Assembly (NCBI RefSeq): GCF_964355755.1
Contig: NC_092675.1
Coordinates: 12,209,812 to 12,273,811 of the forward strand
Length of the DNA: 64,000 nucleotides
Origin: Antedon mediterranea
Taxonomy: Eukaryota > Animalia > Echinodermata
Reading direction: 5' to 3'
How positions within the stretch are numbered: position 1 is the first letter of the stretch; each line of letters begins with the position of its first letter. The notes beneath the pieces are model-generated. The model saw only the letters and a program-made list of their open reading frames with translations, searched no databases and had not been told where the DNA came from. The position numbers were made by a program, and so were the translations under genes. Of the stretch, positions 39,054-50,608 are shown in pieces.

Positions 39054-39058
<5 letters not shown>
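38760..39058 (+). mobile_element. (TA)n-embedded ~300-bp module with an internal tRNA-like gene
   Basis: ~115-bp leader, 72-nt cloverleaf, TTTTT and ~110-bp trailer. Related copies at 39358-39665(-), 39725-39802(-), 40152-40337(+), 44540-44780(+), 45268-45470(-), 55178-55372(-) and 55455-55748(+). Confidence 0.85.
38875..38946 (+). tRNA. tRNA-like sequence, anticodon ATC (Asp-like), TE-borne
   Basis: GCCCCAG-TG-GTCT-AATGGTTA-GGAC-A-TCTGC-ATATCAA-GCAGG-CGGT-CCGAG-TTCGAGT-CTCGG-TTGGGGC-G: all four stems pair, A and B boxes are present, and ACTTTTT follows. A32 is non-canonical. Confidence 0.6.
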
Positions 39059-39109
<51 letters not shown>

Positions 39110-39172
39110 CAATGATGTTGCGTAGCACTGTGTAAATCGAATATGAGCACTGTTTCTATAATTTACAGTATG

Positions 39173-39242
<70 letters not shown>

Positions 39243-39263
39243 CATATATATATATATATATAA

Positions 39264-39322
<59 letters not shown>

Positions 39323-39469
39323 CCAAAGGCAGCACAATTGATTTATATATATATATATAAACAAATCAGGCAAAGAACATTAATTCTAAACCGCCCGGTG
39401 ATATACTGATATTTAATTAATTAATTTGAAACGATAAAGATGAGGAAATCTGTGAGAATGAGAAAAAGT

Positions 39470-39541
39470 CACCTCAACCGAGACTCGAACTCGGACCGCC
39501 TGCTTGATATGCAGATGTCCTAACCATTAGACCACTGGGGC
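39470..39541 (-). tRNA. tRNA-like copy (ATC) with mutated acceptor stem
   Basis: Reverse complement of 38875-38946 with two changes in the 3' acceptor strand. Confidence 0.45.
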
Positions 39542-40005
39542 TTTCATGGTATTGTTCGAACTCGATTGGATAGCGACTCTTTAACATTCTCGGCGTGGTA
39601 CGGCGGAACAGCACTAGTCCTCAGTTGTACGCTACGCACGGGCACCAGAGATCAAATTGATACGCCCTCATCTTACAGTATTTTTATTCACGAGGCGGGA
39701 TCTCCGAAGAGATACTTTATATATATAAACAAATCAGGCAAAGAACATTAATTCTAAACCGCCCGGTGATATACTGAAATTTAATTAATTAATTTGAAAC
39801 GATATATATAAATCAACTCTACTCTGCTGCATCCACCGGTTTTATCTATATTTTTTGTTATCACCATCGTTTTTTGTTGTGTACCTGTTTGTTTTATAAC
39901 AAGTATGGCCAATTCCAAGCAAGTTTTGTTAACATCTTTGATTGGCTGATTTGTTTTATTATGTAATTTTGTGACTTATATATGTTATCCTTTGTTACAA
40001 TTCTC

Positions 40006-40044
40006 TTCACCTGTTGATGGGCTATGCCCGAAACATGTCGTAAA
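40006..40044 (+). ncRNA. Degenerate minimal type I hammerhead ribozyme from a second Penelope-like family
   Basis: TTCAC-CTGTTGA-T-GGGC-TAT-GCCC-GAAAC-AT-GTC-GTAA. The paralogous segment at 44476-44495 has an intact CTGATGA but lacks the 3' half. Confidence 0.55.
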
Positions 40045-41951
40045 AATAAATCTATATTGAGGCAGTTTTAACTTATTGATCTTGATTTTTTTCTATATCC
40101 TGCCTATGCAGCTCTTTGATTTATATATATATATATATATATATATGTTATGGGCCAGTGGTCTAATGGTTAGTTAGGGCAACTGCATATCAAGCAGACG
40201 GTGCGAGTTCGAATCTCGGTTGGGGAGACCTTTTCTCATTCTCCCAGATTTCCTCATCTTTATCGTTTCAAAAATTAATTAAATAATTTTCAGTGTATCA
40301 CCGGGCGGTTTGGAATTTATTTCTATGCCTGTTGTTATATATATATATATATATATAAATATATATATGAAATTTAATCATATCAGTACTCTTATTTTAA
40401 ATTTCATAGAATTATTAATATTTTCACTATTTTCTCTTCTTTTTTTTTTTTTTTAATATTTATAGCAACAAAAAAATCGTTATTATTCACTGGAATGAAG
40501 CTGTTTGCAATTCTTCTTCACATCCATCATTTCCATGCTCAAAAATAGAGGATCTATTTCAATTTAATATCGTTAGAATCATGATTATGCATTGTTCCAA
40601 ATGCAACCATTGTGCAATGTTTCTACTTTGTGCCGGCTTCCTTTTTCCACTCGACATCGCATATTGGGAGTTCGAGCATATTAACGGCAGTTTCCAACTA
40701 TAGTTTCTGGAATCTCTAGGCGACCAATAAATACTGATACGTAATGCCCAACATTTTCCCGGCCCTAAATGTTCGCGATTTGATTTTATTGGGCGAATGT
40801 ATTTCGCCTCTGCGATCGAAGTCAAACAATGGTCCAATGGACAGTAAACATTACAGAAATTGAATATGCGATTTTAAATTTAGGGTTGCAACTAAATATT
40901 TAATGTTTTTAATACACAGTGAGTGAGGCACGTATTTAATAGATTAGATTACATTCTTTTTATTTTTAATATTTTATATATAACAATTCTGTTTCATAAA
41001 CAAAACTTTGATTCCTTCTTTCTTTCCGACAATCCCGAAAAAGCCTCCTAGTTTCAGACGCGATATTTTACTAACGCCATACGGTCTCACTTGCTTATCT
41101 TCCCATCCATATCTTGTTCGTGGGGTTTTGATCGGAGGTCGGGAAGTAGGCTAATTTGGTTGATTTTTATGCTAACTCACTCCCCTGGGAATTATATATT
41201 TTTTTGGTTAATCAGTCTTCTAACTTTGTGGGTGGGCGGGTACAACTCGGTATAAGGAAAACGAGTTATGTCGTCAAGGCCATAGGTCAAGTTCAAATTT
41301 CAAAATCCGATCGAGCTGAAACTCTTGATCAATAGTATAACTCATGGAGTCTTGAAAGTGTAGGGTCAAAAGTCACACAATTCATATGAATGGATTTATG
41401 TTCTATTGAAAATAGTATCTCTAGTTTGTCCTCTAGTTTGCCTCTGCATTTAAACATCATTAATAAAATGTTGAAGAGAGGACCGAGTCTATGATTTAAG
41501 GGATTATATGGCTTAATTGGATTCTTTGATTAGACCTGTCAACAACTGACAGCGTGGCATCAATCCAGTCGTTGAAAAGTATACAGTACAAGCAAATATA
41601 TTTACAGTACTGTACTTTGCAATCGATTACAGATCATCTTGCGCGTGCTGTTGATTGACAAGTTATCTGAATTCAGTTTGTGTAACTTATATTTATTGGG
41701 GTAATCTTTTGTGTAGAACCTATGTTTACATAATACTGTACAAACATATTTCATGACCGTTCGATCATGCTGATTGAATCTATCTGAACAAGAATGTCTT
41801 GATTTGTCAACTTTTATTTACATAACTCAGCATCGATCAGTTCAATCAAAGCGAACATCTACTCAATCTCCTTCTTTTCAAATTGATATGTTGTTAATAC
41901 ACAATTACACCTTTTTACAAGCAATAATAGATAGTTCTTATCCAATAACTT

Positions 41952-42050
<99 letters not shown>

Positions 42051-42251
42051 CCAAAGGCAAATTACTGAAAAAAATTACAATGCTGTGGGTATCAGTGGCT
42101 GGATCTCAATGGAGATACAAAAAAAAAGCGAAAAGCTAAATCAAAACGATAAAGTAAAACAGCCAGAAAAGTTAGCAGTATAAATCGTAAATCATGTTCC
42201 GAATATGAGCACTGTTTCTATAATTTACAGTATGATTTATGTCTGCAGATT

Positions 42252-42365
<114 letters not shown>

Positions 42366-42504
42366 TACTATATTATGTAGGCCTAAAGATAATTAATAGA
42401 TTTGTTGTACAATAACAATTTACACCAATAAAAAAATCTGAATTTCTAGTTAATATCAGCACTATTCCAACAGGTAGTTTATTCTCCAAGTTTATTAGTA
42501 TGTA

Positions 42505-42700
42505 TATCAGATTGGCGCGTGTCAAATTTCCACAAGACCGGTTGCACGTTTATTCTCTGAATTGTAGGCGGAGTTTCATATATTAATCGGTTTGAACTAC
42601 TGTGTGCCGTGTAGATATGTTAAGCACAAGTTGAGGTACCGTTCCAATATAAATACTTGTTTCTGATTGGTTGACAAAGTCAGCTGTGAAGGATTAATCC
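42505..42700 (+). promoter_or_regulatory. Putative proximal promoter of the TGF-beta ligand gene
   Basis: ATTGG (42511), GGCGGAG (42567), CCAATATAAATA (42644), ATTGG-TTGACA (42666) and E-box CAGCTG (42681), all within 300 bp of the ATG. Confidence 0.4.
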
Positions 42701-42794
42701 AAGTACCTATTTTTGCGATTTCTTTTTGGCCTTGTCTGTGGTTCTACGCACAAGTAGTTATTCATTCCATGGAACCGAAGCGTAATCAGTAAAC

Positions 42795-43398
42795 ATGAGG
42801 TCTATACTGTTTTTACCGTTTACATTATTTTACATTATTATCTCAACTGTTGATAGTGCAGCTGTATTGAAAATGAAGGAACGGTCGGTCGACAGCTTGG
42901 AAACACCACAGACAAGGAAATCCACTAGGAATGGGACACCTGTCACAGAAAGCATACGATTGGAAACCACTTATCGGGCTATTATTGGGACCTCTAAACA
43001 AAATAATGTTAAACATCATCGCAAGACACACAACCAAAATAGGTCAAAATTCGATTACGGAGACCAAGAAGATCTCCACAGTTCGCAAGAAAATTCAGAC
43101 GTGCCCGAACAATCATCATTAAAAATACATCATCAGAAAATGTCTAGTCTCAATGAAAGCGACCCACAGACGGAACGAAAATTAAGGTTAGAGATGATCA
43201 AACAGCAAATATTGGATAAACTTCGCCTAGATGCTCCACCAAAAATGACAGGGAAACGGACGCGGCTACCGGAGCCCCTTGCCTTCTCCGAGCGTTCACT
43301 TGTAGGTGACATGCAAAGTGACCAGCCACCGCCACCAGTAGACATTGAGGACAATTATTACGGCAAATTAACTGAAGTTATAATATTTTCAGAAGAAG
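42795..43398 (+). CDS. Exon 1 of an activin/myostatin(GDF8/11)-subfamily TGF-beta ligand: signal peptide and prodomain N-terminus
   Basis: Hydrophobic signal MRSILFLPFTLFYIIISTVDSA; prodomain helix RLEMIKQQILDKLRLDAPPKMT (cf. myostatin RIEAIKIQILSKLRL..APN); DNYYGKLTEVIIFSEE; then phase-1 donor G|gtaggt, the same position and phase as myostatin intron 1. No downstream exons recognised in the window. Confidence 0.88.
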
Positions 43399-44780
43399 GT
43401 AGGTGTTTATTTGTTTAACCTCTGGGAAATTTAACTGATCAATTGTTACCGTACTCAATAACGGTCGGCGGAGATGCGATCATGATCATGCTTATAAATG
43501 CGTAAAACTTCCAAATTATATACATATTTGTGGCTATAGAACAATCATTGCAATAATATTAATAGTAGTACTAAAGTGCAGGTAACGATAATCATGACAT
43601 CATTGATCATCATCCGTCTTGATAATTTTCTGCGATGCAGTTACTGTAGCTGCATGCTGCAATTTACCGACCCTGGTTTTTCGGTACAGTATTAATTTGC
43701 TTATTGTGAACCAAGGTCAGTGAGGGTGGTATTGTTCGCTGATTCATAAGACGCTTAATTAAATTCTCAATCACTGATTTTAAAAGGTATTTACAACATT
43801 ACGGAAATCCCTATTATACAGTGCTGTTTTTTAAATTTGTATACTAAAATATGTATTATTTTGTTAGAAAGGATAGGCCCTACCTTAATCTAAATAGTTT
43901 AATTCACTACTTTAATTAATGAATGTATATCATGTTTTACGGGACCCGTTGAATCAAATCGAAAGATCTAATATTTCCCAAATTGGTCTCGGTACATAAT
44001 AAGCGATTGTATGAGTGTAACTTATACATGCGTTGGAGAGGAAAAATGAATATTGTATTCATCAAGTTATGATCTACAGTATTAAATTTAACAACGTAGT
44101 CTTGAGTTTGAGGGCGGACTCTAAGATCTTGGTTCTGGGGCCTAAATGTCATGTTTGTTTTAAATTATAAATCGCAAGTCGAGTGTGAAATCACGAAACT
44201 TTTATATAATTCTAGACTATATTTGGCAGATCGTATCTATTTTTTTTGGTGAAATCTCTTTAACCTCCATTAACTATTATTCAAACTTGAAGTTTTTGTC
44301 TTTGTTTAAAATTTCCTGCTTTATAAGCAACCATTTCTGCTTTGTACCCCAAAGCTTTTGGAGGCGTGCCTTTATAACTATGCCTTTTGTTGGTTAACAT
44401 CTTTGATTGGCTGATATGTTTTATTATGTAATTTTGTGACTTATTATTATATGGTATCCTTTGTTACAATTCGCTTCACCTGATGATGGGCTATAAATAA
44501 ATAAACTTATATTGAGGCAGTTTTAACTTATTTGATCTTGCTCGTGCGTACAACCGAGGGACTAGTGCTGTTCCGCCGTACCACACCGAGAATGTTAAAG
44601 AGTCGCTATCGAATCGAGTTTGAACAATACCATGAAAGCCCCAGTGATATAATGGTTAGGACAGCTGCATATCAAGCAGACAGTCCGAGTTCGAGTCTCG
44701 ATTTCCTCATCTTTATCGTTTCAAATTAATTAATTAAATTTCAGTATATCACCGGGCGGTTTAGAATTAATGTCCGCTGG

Positions 44781-44834
<54 letters not shown>

Positions 44835-44842
44835 CAAGTCGA

Positions 44843-44968
<126 letters not shown>

Positions 44969-45079
44969 CCAGAGAACATTAATTCTAAACCGCCCGGTGA
45001 TATGATTTATATATAATTTACACAGTGCTACGCAACATTATTGATTTATATATATATATATATGTGTGTGTTTATTCAC

Positions 45080-45121
45080 TTGCACTGATGAAGGGCTAGT
45101 GTTGCCCGAAAGCTCTGCTAA
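45080..45121 (+). ncRNA. Minimal type I hammerhead ribozyme (Penelope pLTR fragment)
   Basis: TTGCA-CTGATGA-A-GGGC-TAGTGTT-GCCC-GAAA-GC-TC-TGCTAA: conserved CUGAUGA and GAAA core, stem II, and palindromic AGCT stem III. Confidence 0.75.
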
Positions 45122-45467
45122 CTTTTCTGGCTGTTTACTTTATCGTTTTGATTTAGCTTTTCGCTTCTTATATCTCCATTGAGATCCAGCCACTGATACC
45201 CACAGCATTGTAATTTTTTTTCAGTAATTTGCCTTTGGATTTATATATATATGTGTTTATATATATAAACACATCAGGCAAAGAACATTAATTCTAAACC
45301 GCCCGATGATATACTGAAATTTAATTAATTAATTTGAAACAATAAAGATGAGGAAATCTGTGAGAATGAGAAAAAGTCGCCCCAACTGAACCTCGAACTC
45401 GGACCGCCTGCTTGATATGCAGATATCCTAACGATTAGTATTGTTCAAACTCGATTGGATAGCGACT

Positions 45468-45501
<34 letters not shown>

Positions 45502-45623
45502 CCAAAGGCAAATTACTGAAAAAATGACAATGCTGTGGGTATCAGTGGCTGGATCTCAATGGAGATACTAAAAAAAAAAGCGAAAAGCTAAATCAAAACG
45601 ATAAAGTAAAACAGCCAGAAAAG

Positions 45624-45665
45624 TTAGCAGAGCTTTCGGGCAACACTAGCCCTTCATCAGTGCAA
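45624..45665 (-). ncRNA. Hammerhead ribozyme in the 3' pLTR
   Basis: Exact reverse complement of 45080-45121. Confidence 0.75.
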
Positions 45666-45904
45666 GTGAACAAATTTGGATAAAGTCATAGTATAAGAAC
45701 TGGCAAGTGCTGCCTGGGTGGACAGGAATAAAAGAAATGCAACAAAAGGAGACAGGGTGGTGTCTGAATAAGAGTAGAAAACAAAGAAGGTAGCTTGGTA
45801 GAGATATAAACAATTTTGGAATGAAACTAAAAATCAGCTTAAATGGTGGTTAATATTAAAACTTAAATTTTGGTAGTCAATGGAATAATTTTACCGATCT
45901 GGGA

Positions 45905-46753
45905 GATATGTTCCTAATGTTAAGTCCAAAAGGTTTTGTGGTTTAAAGTTGTAATTCCCAGTGGCTTTCTTTGTCTTTGCGAGTTTTGTCGCTCCATTTG
46001 ACATCGTGGTCTATTGCAATGACTCTGAAATTTGCAATCGAGTGACCAGCTGAATTAAAATTTTCGGCCACAGGTTGATCAAGCTTTAATGTTTTGATAG
46101 CTGATCTGTGTTGTGTCATTTTCCGTGTCATTCTCATGCGGAGAGTGTTTTTTGTTTCCCCGACGTACTGTTTGCCACAAATATTACAGTATATGAGATA
46201 AATGACGTTTTTGGTTAAACAATTAATTCATTGTCTTATCCGAAAAATGCGGCCAGTTTGGTTACTCTTAAATTTTTCAGTAGAATCAACCAATGAACAA
46301 GTTTTGCAAGATTTGCCGCAAAGGTGACTGCCCAAATTTTGGCTGTCATGAGAGTTAATTTCACTCTTGAATATGGATCTGACTAATATATCACGAAGGT
46401 TGGGAGGTCTACGAAATGCAAAAATGGGTGGTTCCAGAAAAAACAGTCCTGCGACGTTCTGTGGGCTGTAGAATGGGCATATGTTTCTCAATAGTAGCCC
46501 GTAATGGAGGCAACCTAGGGTGATAGGTTGTGACCAATGGCACTCTGGTCGAATTTGGCTGACGTGGTTTGTATGTCAGTGTTTAACATAGAGGACTATC
46601 TTTTGCTTTCTTTATAGCAGTTTCGATGTATTCATTCTTGTAATTTCTATTCCGGAGATGTCCGGTTAGTTCTTCGGTACGATTCTGAAAATCTGAATCT
46701 GAAGTCAAGCATTACGTCTGATACGTAATGCTTGACTGTACGGTATGTTTTTA
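45905..46753 (-). pseudogene. Penelope ORF C-terminus: RT thumb, Cys linker and GIY-YIG endonuclease
   Basis: IPYSQALRIRR, RVPLVTTYHP, FRRPPNLRDILVRS, CGKSCKTC, NVIYLIYCNICGKQYVGET, HRS, PVAENFN and PFGLN motifs. Frameshifted. Confidence 0.88.
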
Positions 46754-48514
46754 TAATAAATAATATATTTATACAGGATAAAACAATCAGATAACAGTTA
46801 ATCTGTTTTACATTGTGGTCCTGTCTTAATCAAAATATACAAAAGAGAAACTTAATTAAATATAATACATGTCAGTTTTTATGAAAAGAAATGAGATTTG
46901 TATCTAGCCTTAAAGGACGTAATTGTTGGTGCCGATTTAATATTAATTGGTAAATTGTTCCATATTTTTGCGCCTGCAACTTTAAAGGACGAATTCATTT
47001 TACTAAGGGTGTATTTAGGTATTGTTACATTCAAATTTTCTACTCCAGGTGTTAAGTGGGTGTGAATATCGCGAATCAATTCAATTTCATTTACTAATCT
47101 AATTGGTGCAAGGCCGTAAACACATTTATACATTAGACATGCTAGGGAGAAATCTCGTTTCTCTTCAAGAGTTTGCCACGATAGGTTCTGGATGATGTTG
47201 TCACCCCTTACATTAATATAATCGAAGTTGTTAGTTACAATTCGAGCAGCTCTTTTTTGATGTCGCTTTAAAATATTTTTGTTTAACTCTGTCGTATTTC
47301 CCCAGACTGTTATAGCATAATCACTACAAGGCTGGATTGTACTTAAATATAGAGTTTCAAGTAACGGTTTACTTAAACTACTAGCCATTTTACCTAGCAC
47401 TGTTATTTTATATCCAATACTATCAACTTGTTCTAATTTACTGGTTCCAATTTGTATATTTAAATCATTACTGTCAGCTGTATGATTGTTTCTTAGTAAC
47501 ATAACCTTTGTTTTTTTCAGTATTTAAAGAGAGGTGGTTGTCATCATACCATTTACCAATGTTATCAATAATTATTTGTAATGAATCATTTACTATCTTA
47601 GTAGTATCACCCGAGGTGTAAAGCACAACATCATCAGCAAAAACGCTGCAAGTTCCATTTACTATAGACTGCGAAATATCATTTATGAAAATGAGAAACA
47701 AGATGGGTCCCAGGACACTTCCCTGTGGAACACCATTATTGCTTTCTTTAAGTGTAGATTTGTTATTGTTACAGTATACAAACTTGTTTTCTGTTTTTTA
47801 AGTAATTACTAAACCAGTAAACAACATTTTCATGGAAACCATATTTGTAAAGCTTAAATAACAAAATTGAGTGATCTATCGTGTCAAAGCACTTGGATAT
47901 ATCTAAGAAACAAGCGCCGACGACCTCTGAGTCATTAAAACTTTCTAACCAATCATCAACTACTCTGTGCAATCATGTTACAGTAGAATGGTTTTTCAAG
48001 AAGGCAAATTGATCAATGTTAATTAAATCAAACAAACTAAGAAAAGAAATGATTTGTTCCTGAACCACTCTCTCTATAATTTTTGCGATATGAGCAACGA
48101 CAGATATTGGTCTGTAGTTGCTCATACTGTCTTTACTACCCTTTCCTTTATATATAGGAGTTGTCCTTGCTACTTTCCAATCAGCTGGGACAAGACCAGA
48201 CATGAGAGAGAGATTCACAATATGACACAATGGATAAGCAATGTACGGAGCTGCTAACCTTAACAATTTACTATCAAAATCAAAAACATCTAATTTTTTT
48301 TCGGCAAATTATAAAGCTTCCTTTTAATGGTATTTACATCAACATTTATAAAATTTAAGGAATATTCACTAGGTGGATTATTCCAACTTGGCAGCGTATC
48401 GTCAAATGACTGCGCCATCTTAACTCCTATGTTGGTAAAGTATTCATTAAAATGTTCGCAAACAATAGTTTTACTAATGTTAGATTTCATTTTACCAGTT
48501 AGTATATTTAGTTC
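46754..48514 (-). mobile_element. 5'-truncated L2-group LINE (Crack/Daphne-like) inserted in the Penelope RT
   Basis: PADWKVARTTPIYKGKG..NYRPIS, FLDISKCFDTIDH, GVPQGSVLGP, FADD and KIWNNLP motifs. 7-bp TSD GTTTTTA (46747-46753, 48515-48521). Removal rejoins HSTKN|IPYSQ. Confidence 0.9.
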
Positions 48515-49917
48515 GTTTTTAGTACTGTGTCGGGGATGAAAACTGCTAGGGAACAGGTACATATTTTTATCCGTGGGTTTACGGAATAGGTCAGTTTTGA
48601 GTATACCATTTTCTATTGTCACTATAGTGTCCAAAAAATCAACGCTACTAGTGGATTTGGTAGCTGTAATTATCTTCACCAGATCATGAAGATGTCGTCA
48701 ATGTATCTAAACCAAACAAGTGGTTTATTAGGTTGGAGGGACAGAAAATTGGCCTCAAATTGTCCCATAAATAAATTTGCAAAAGATGGCGCCTTTTTTG
48801 TGCCCATCGCTGTGCCATGAATTTAAAGGTAATGGTCATTTCCAAAAATAAAATTGTTGTTGGTTAAAATCAACATGACCAATTCTCCTAAATGAGCTTT
48901 AGTATGCGTTTTGCCTGGAATTTGTTTGTAATTTAAAATACATGCATCGGATGAAACATCTAATGTAGCCAGAACAGAATTATTAGGTAAATTTTGAATT
49001 TGGTTAATTTTGCGGATAAAGTCCGTAGAGTGCTGAATGTATGAAGGAAGATCAGTCACATATGGTCTAAGTAAATCATCCAAATATTAAGAAATTTTCT
49101 CTGTAGCAGTGCCATTGCCCGAAATAATGGGTCTACCAGGATTGCCTGCTTTGTGGATTTTAGGTAGGAAATAAAATCTGCCTGGATTAACCTGTGCCAA
49201 ATGAGGTCCAATCTTAGGATCGATGGAGTGTTTTTTTACCATCACAGAAACAGATTTGGCCACCTTATCCGCAATTCCCGGGGTGGGATCCATAGTAAGT
49301 TTATTGTGCGCCGACCTGCCTTGGTTTTGGGCAGAATTTAAGTCCTCGGGAAAGAAGTTTTTGCTCTCCTTCGGAAAGTCGACAATTAATTTCAACAACT
49401 GAATCAGAGGTGTTGCTGCGATTCTTGTTATAAGTCCGAACGAACCTTCTGCAGGGTTTCCTAAAAGCCCTGAAATTATTCGAAGAGTCATTTGTGTTGA
49501 AACGACCAAGTCTGCAGGTAGACCAAATTTGTGATGTCCTCTTCGGGCCATTACCGTTGATTGCTTACGGCAATCATTGGCGATAATCCTGAGTTTGTTT
49601 TGAAACTCGGATGCGGGAAGTTCTCTTTTCAACTTCTTAGTTCTAGAGTGGATTTCAACGTCAAACTCAGTGATGATTTTGTGGCAATTGCCAATTTGGA
49701 TCTCATTGAGTTGACAAGCATTTTTGTAAAGGACAGCGTTCCAACGAGAACGCATGCCATCATCTGCAAATCGAATACCAGATGTGACATAAAATTGAAG
49801 TCCTTTAGGGGCCGAATGTTTAGAACGATATAAAAGAAAATTATGTAAATGGTGAAGGTACCTGACACGTTTCTCGGACAGGCGACGTAATTTGGTAAAG
49901 TTATCCAAAGTACCCTC
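48515..49917 (-). pseudogene. Penelope ORF N-terminus and reverse transcriptase
   Basis: [56 protein letters not shown] and TDLFRKPTD motifs. Contains stops and deletions. Confidence 0.9.
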
Positions 49918-50436
49918 CTGGATTACAGCAAAATCAGATCAAAATTGGTACAAACAGTAGAAAATATATATACAAGTGAAGGAATTTGGATAAAGTCATA
50001 GCATAAGAACTGGCAAGTGCTGCCTGGGTGGACAGGAATAAAAGAAATTCAACAAAAAAGACAGGGTGGTTAATGGTGGGTGGAGACTGAATAAGAGTAG
50101 AAAACAAATAAGGTAGCTTGGTAGAAATATAAACATTTTGGAATGGAACTAAAAAAACAGCTAAAATGGTGGTAATATTGAAACTTAAATGTTGGTAGTC
50201 AATGGAGTAATTTTACCAATCTGGGAGTATAGTTCCTAATGTTAAGTCCAAAAGGTTTTGTGGTTTTAAGTAGTAATTCCCAGTTGTTTTCTTGTCTTTG
50301 CGCTTTGCTTTCTACTCTTATTCAGTCTCCACCCACCATTCACCACCCTGTCTCCTTTGTTGTATTTCTGTTATTCCTGTCCACCCAGGCAGCACTTGCC
50401 AGTTATTATGCTATGACTTTATCCAAATTCCTTCAC

Positions 50437-50478
50437 TTGCACTGATGAAGGGCTAGTGTTGCCAGAAAGCTCTGCTAA
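50437..50478 (+). ncRNA. Hammerhead ribozyme copy in the inverted 5' pLTR (one stem II mismatch)
   Basis: Same as 45080-45121 except GCCA replaces GCCC. Confidence 0.6.
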
Positions 50479-50543
50479 CTTTTCTGGCTGTTTTACTTTA
50501 TCGTTTTGATTTAGCTTTTCGCATTTTTTGTATCGCCATTATA

Positions 50544-50607
<64 letters not shown>

Positions 50608-50608
<1 letters not shown>

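Larger units (their letters stand above)
38698..39360. repeat. (TA)n microsatellite cluster; further tracts near 40120, 41955, 42255, 44782, 45470, 50550 and 55748
   Basis: Direct observation of long pure TA runs. Confidence 0.95.
45497..50540 (-). mobile_element. Penelope-like retroelement (Neptune-like) with direct and inverted pseudo-LTRs, flanked by (TA)n
   Basis: RT and GIY-YIG remnants. 45665-45965 is repeated at 49975-50300, with an inverted copy at about 50305-50540. Both ends abut TA tracts. Confidence 0.9.

Noticed and set aside
43399-43418. C-terminal GRCLFV* of the 207-aa ORF
   Set aside because: Read-through into the intron after the G|gtaggt donor. The protein lacks the mature TGF-beta domain, so more exons must follow.
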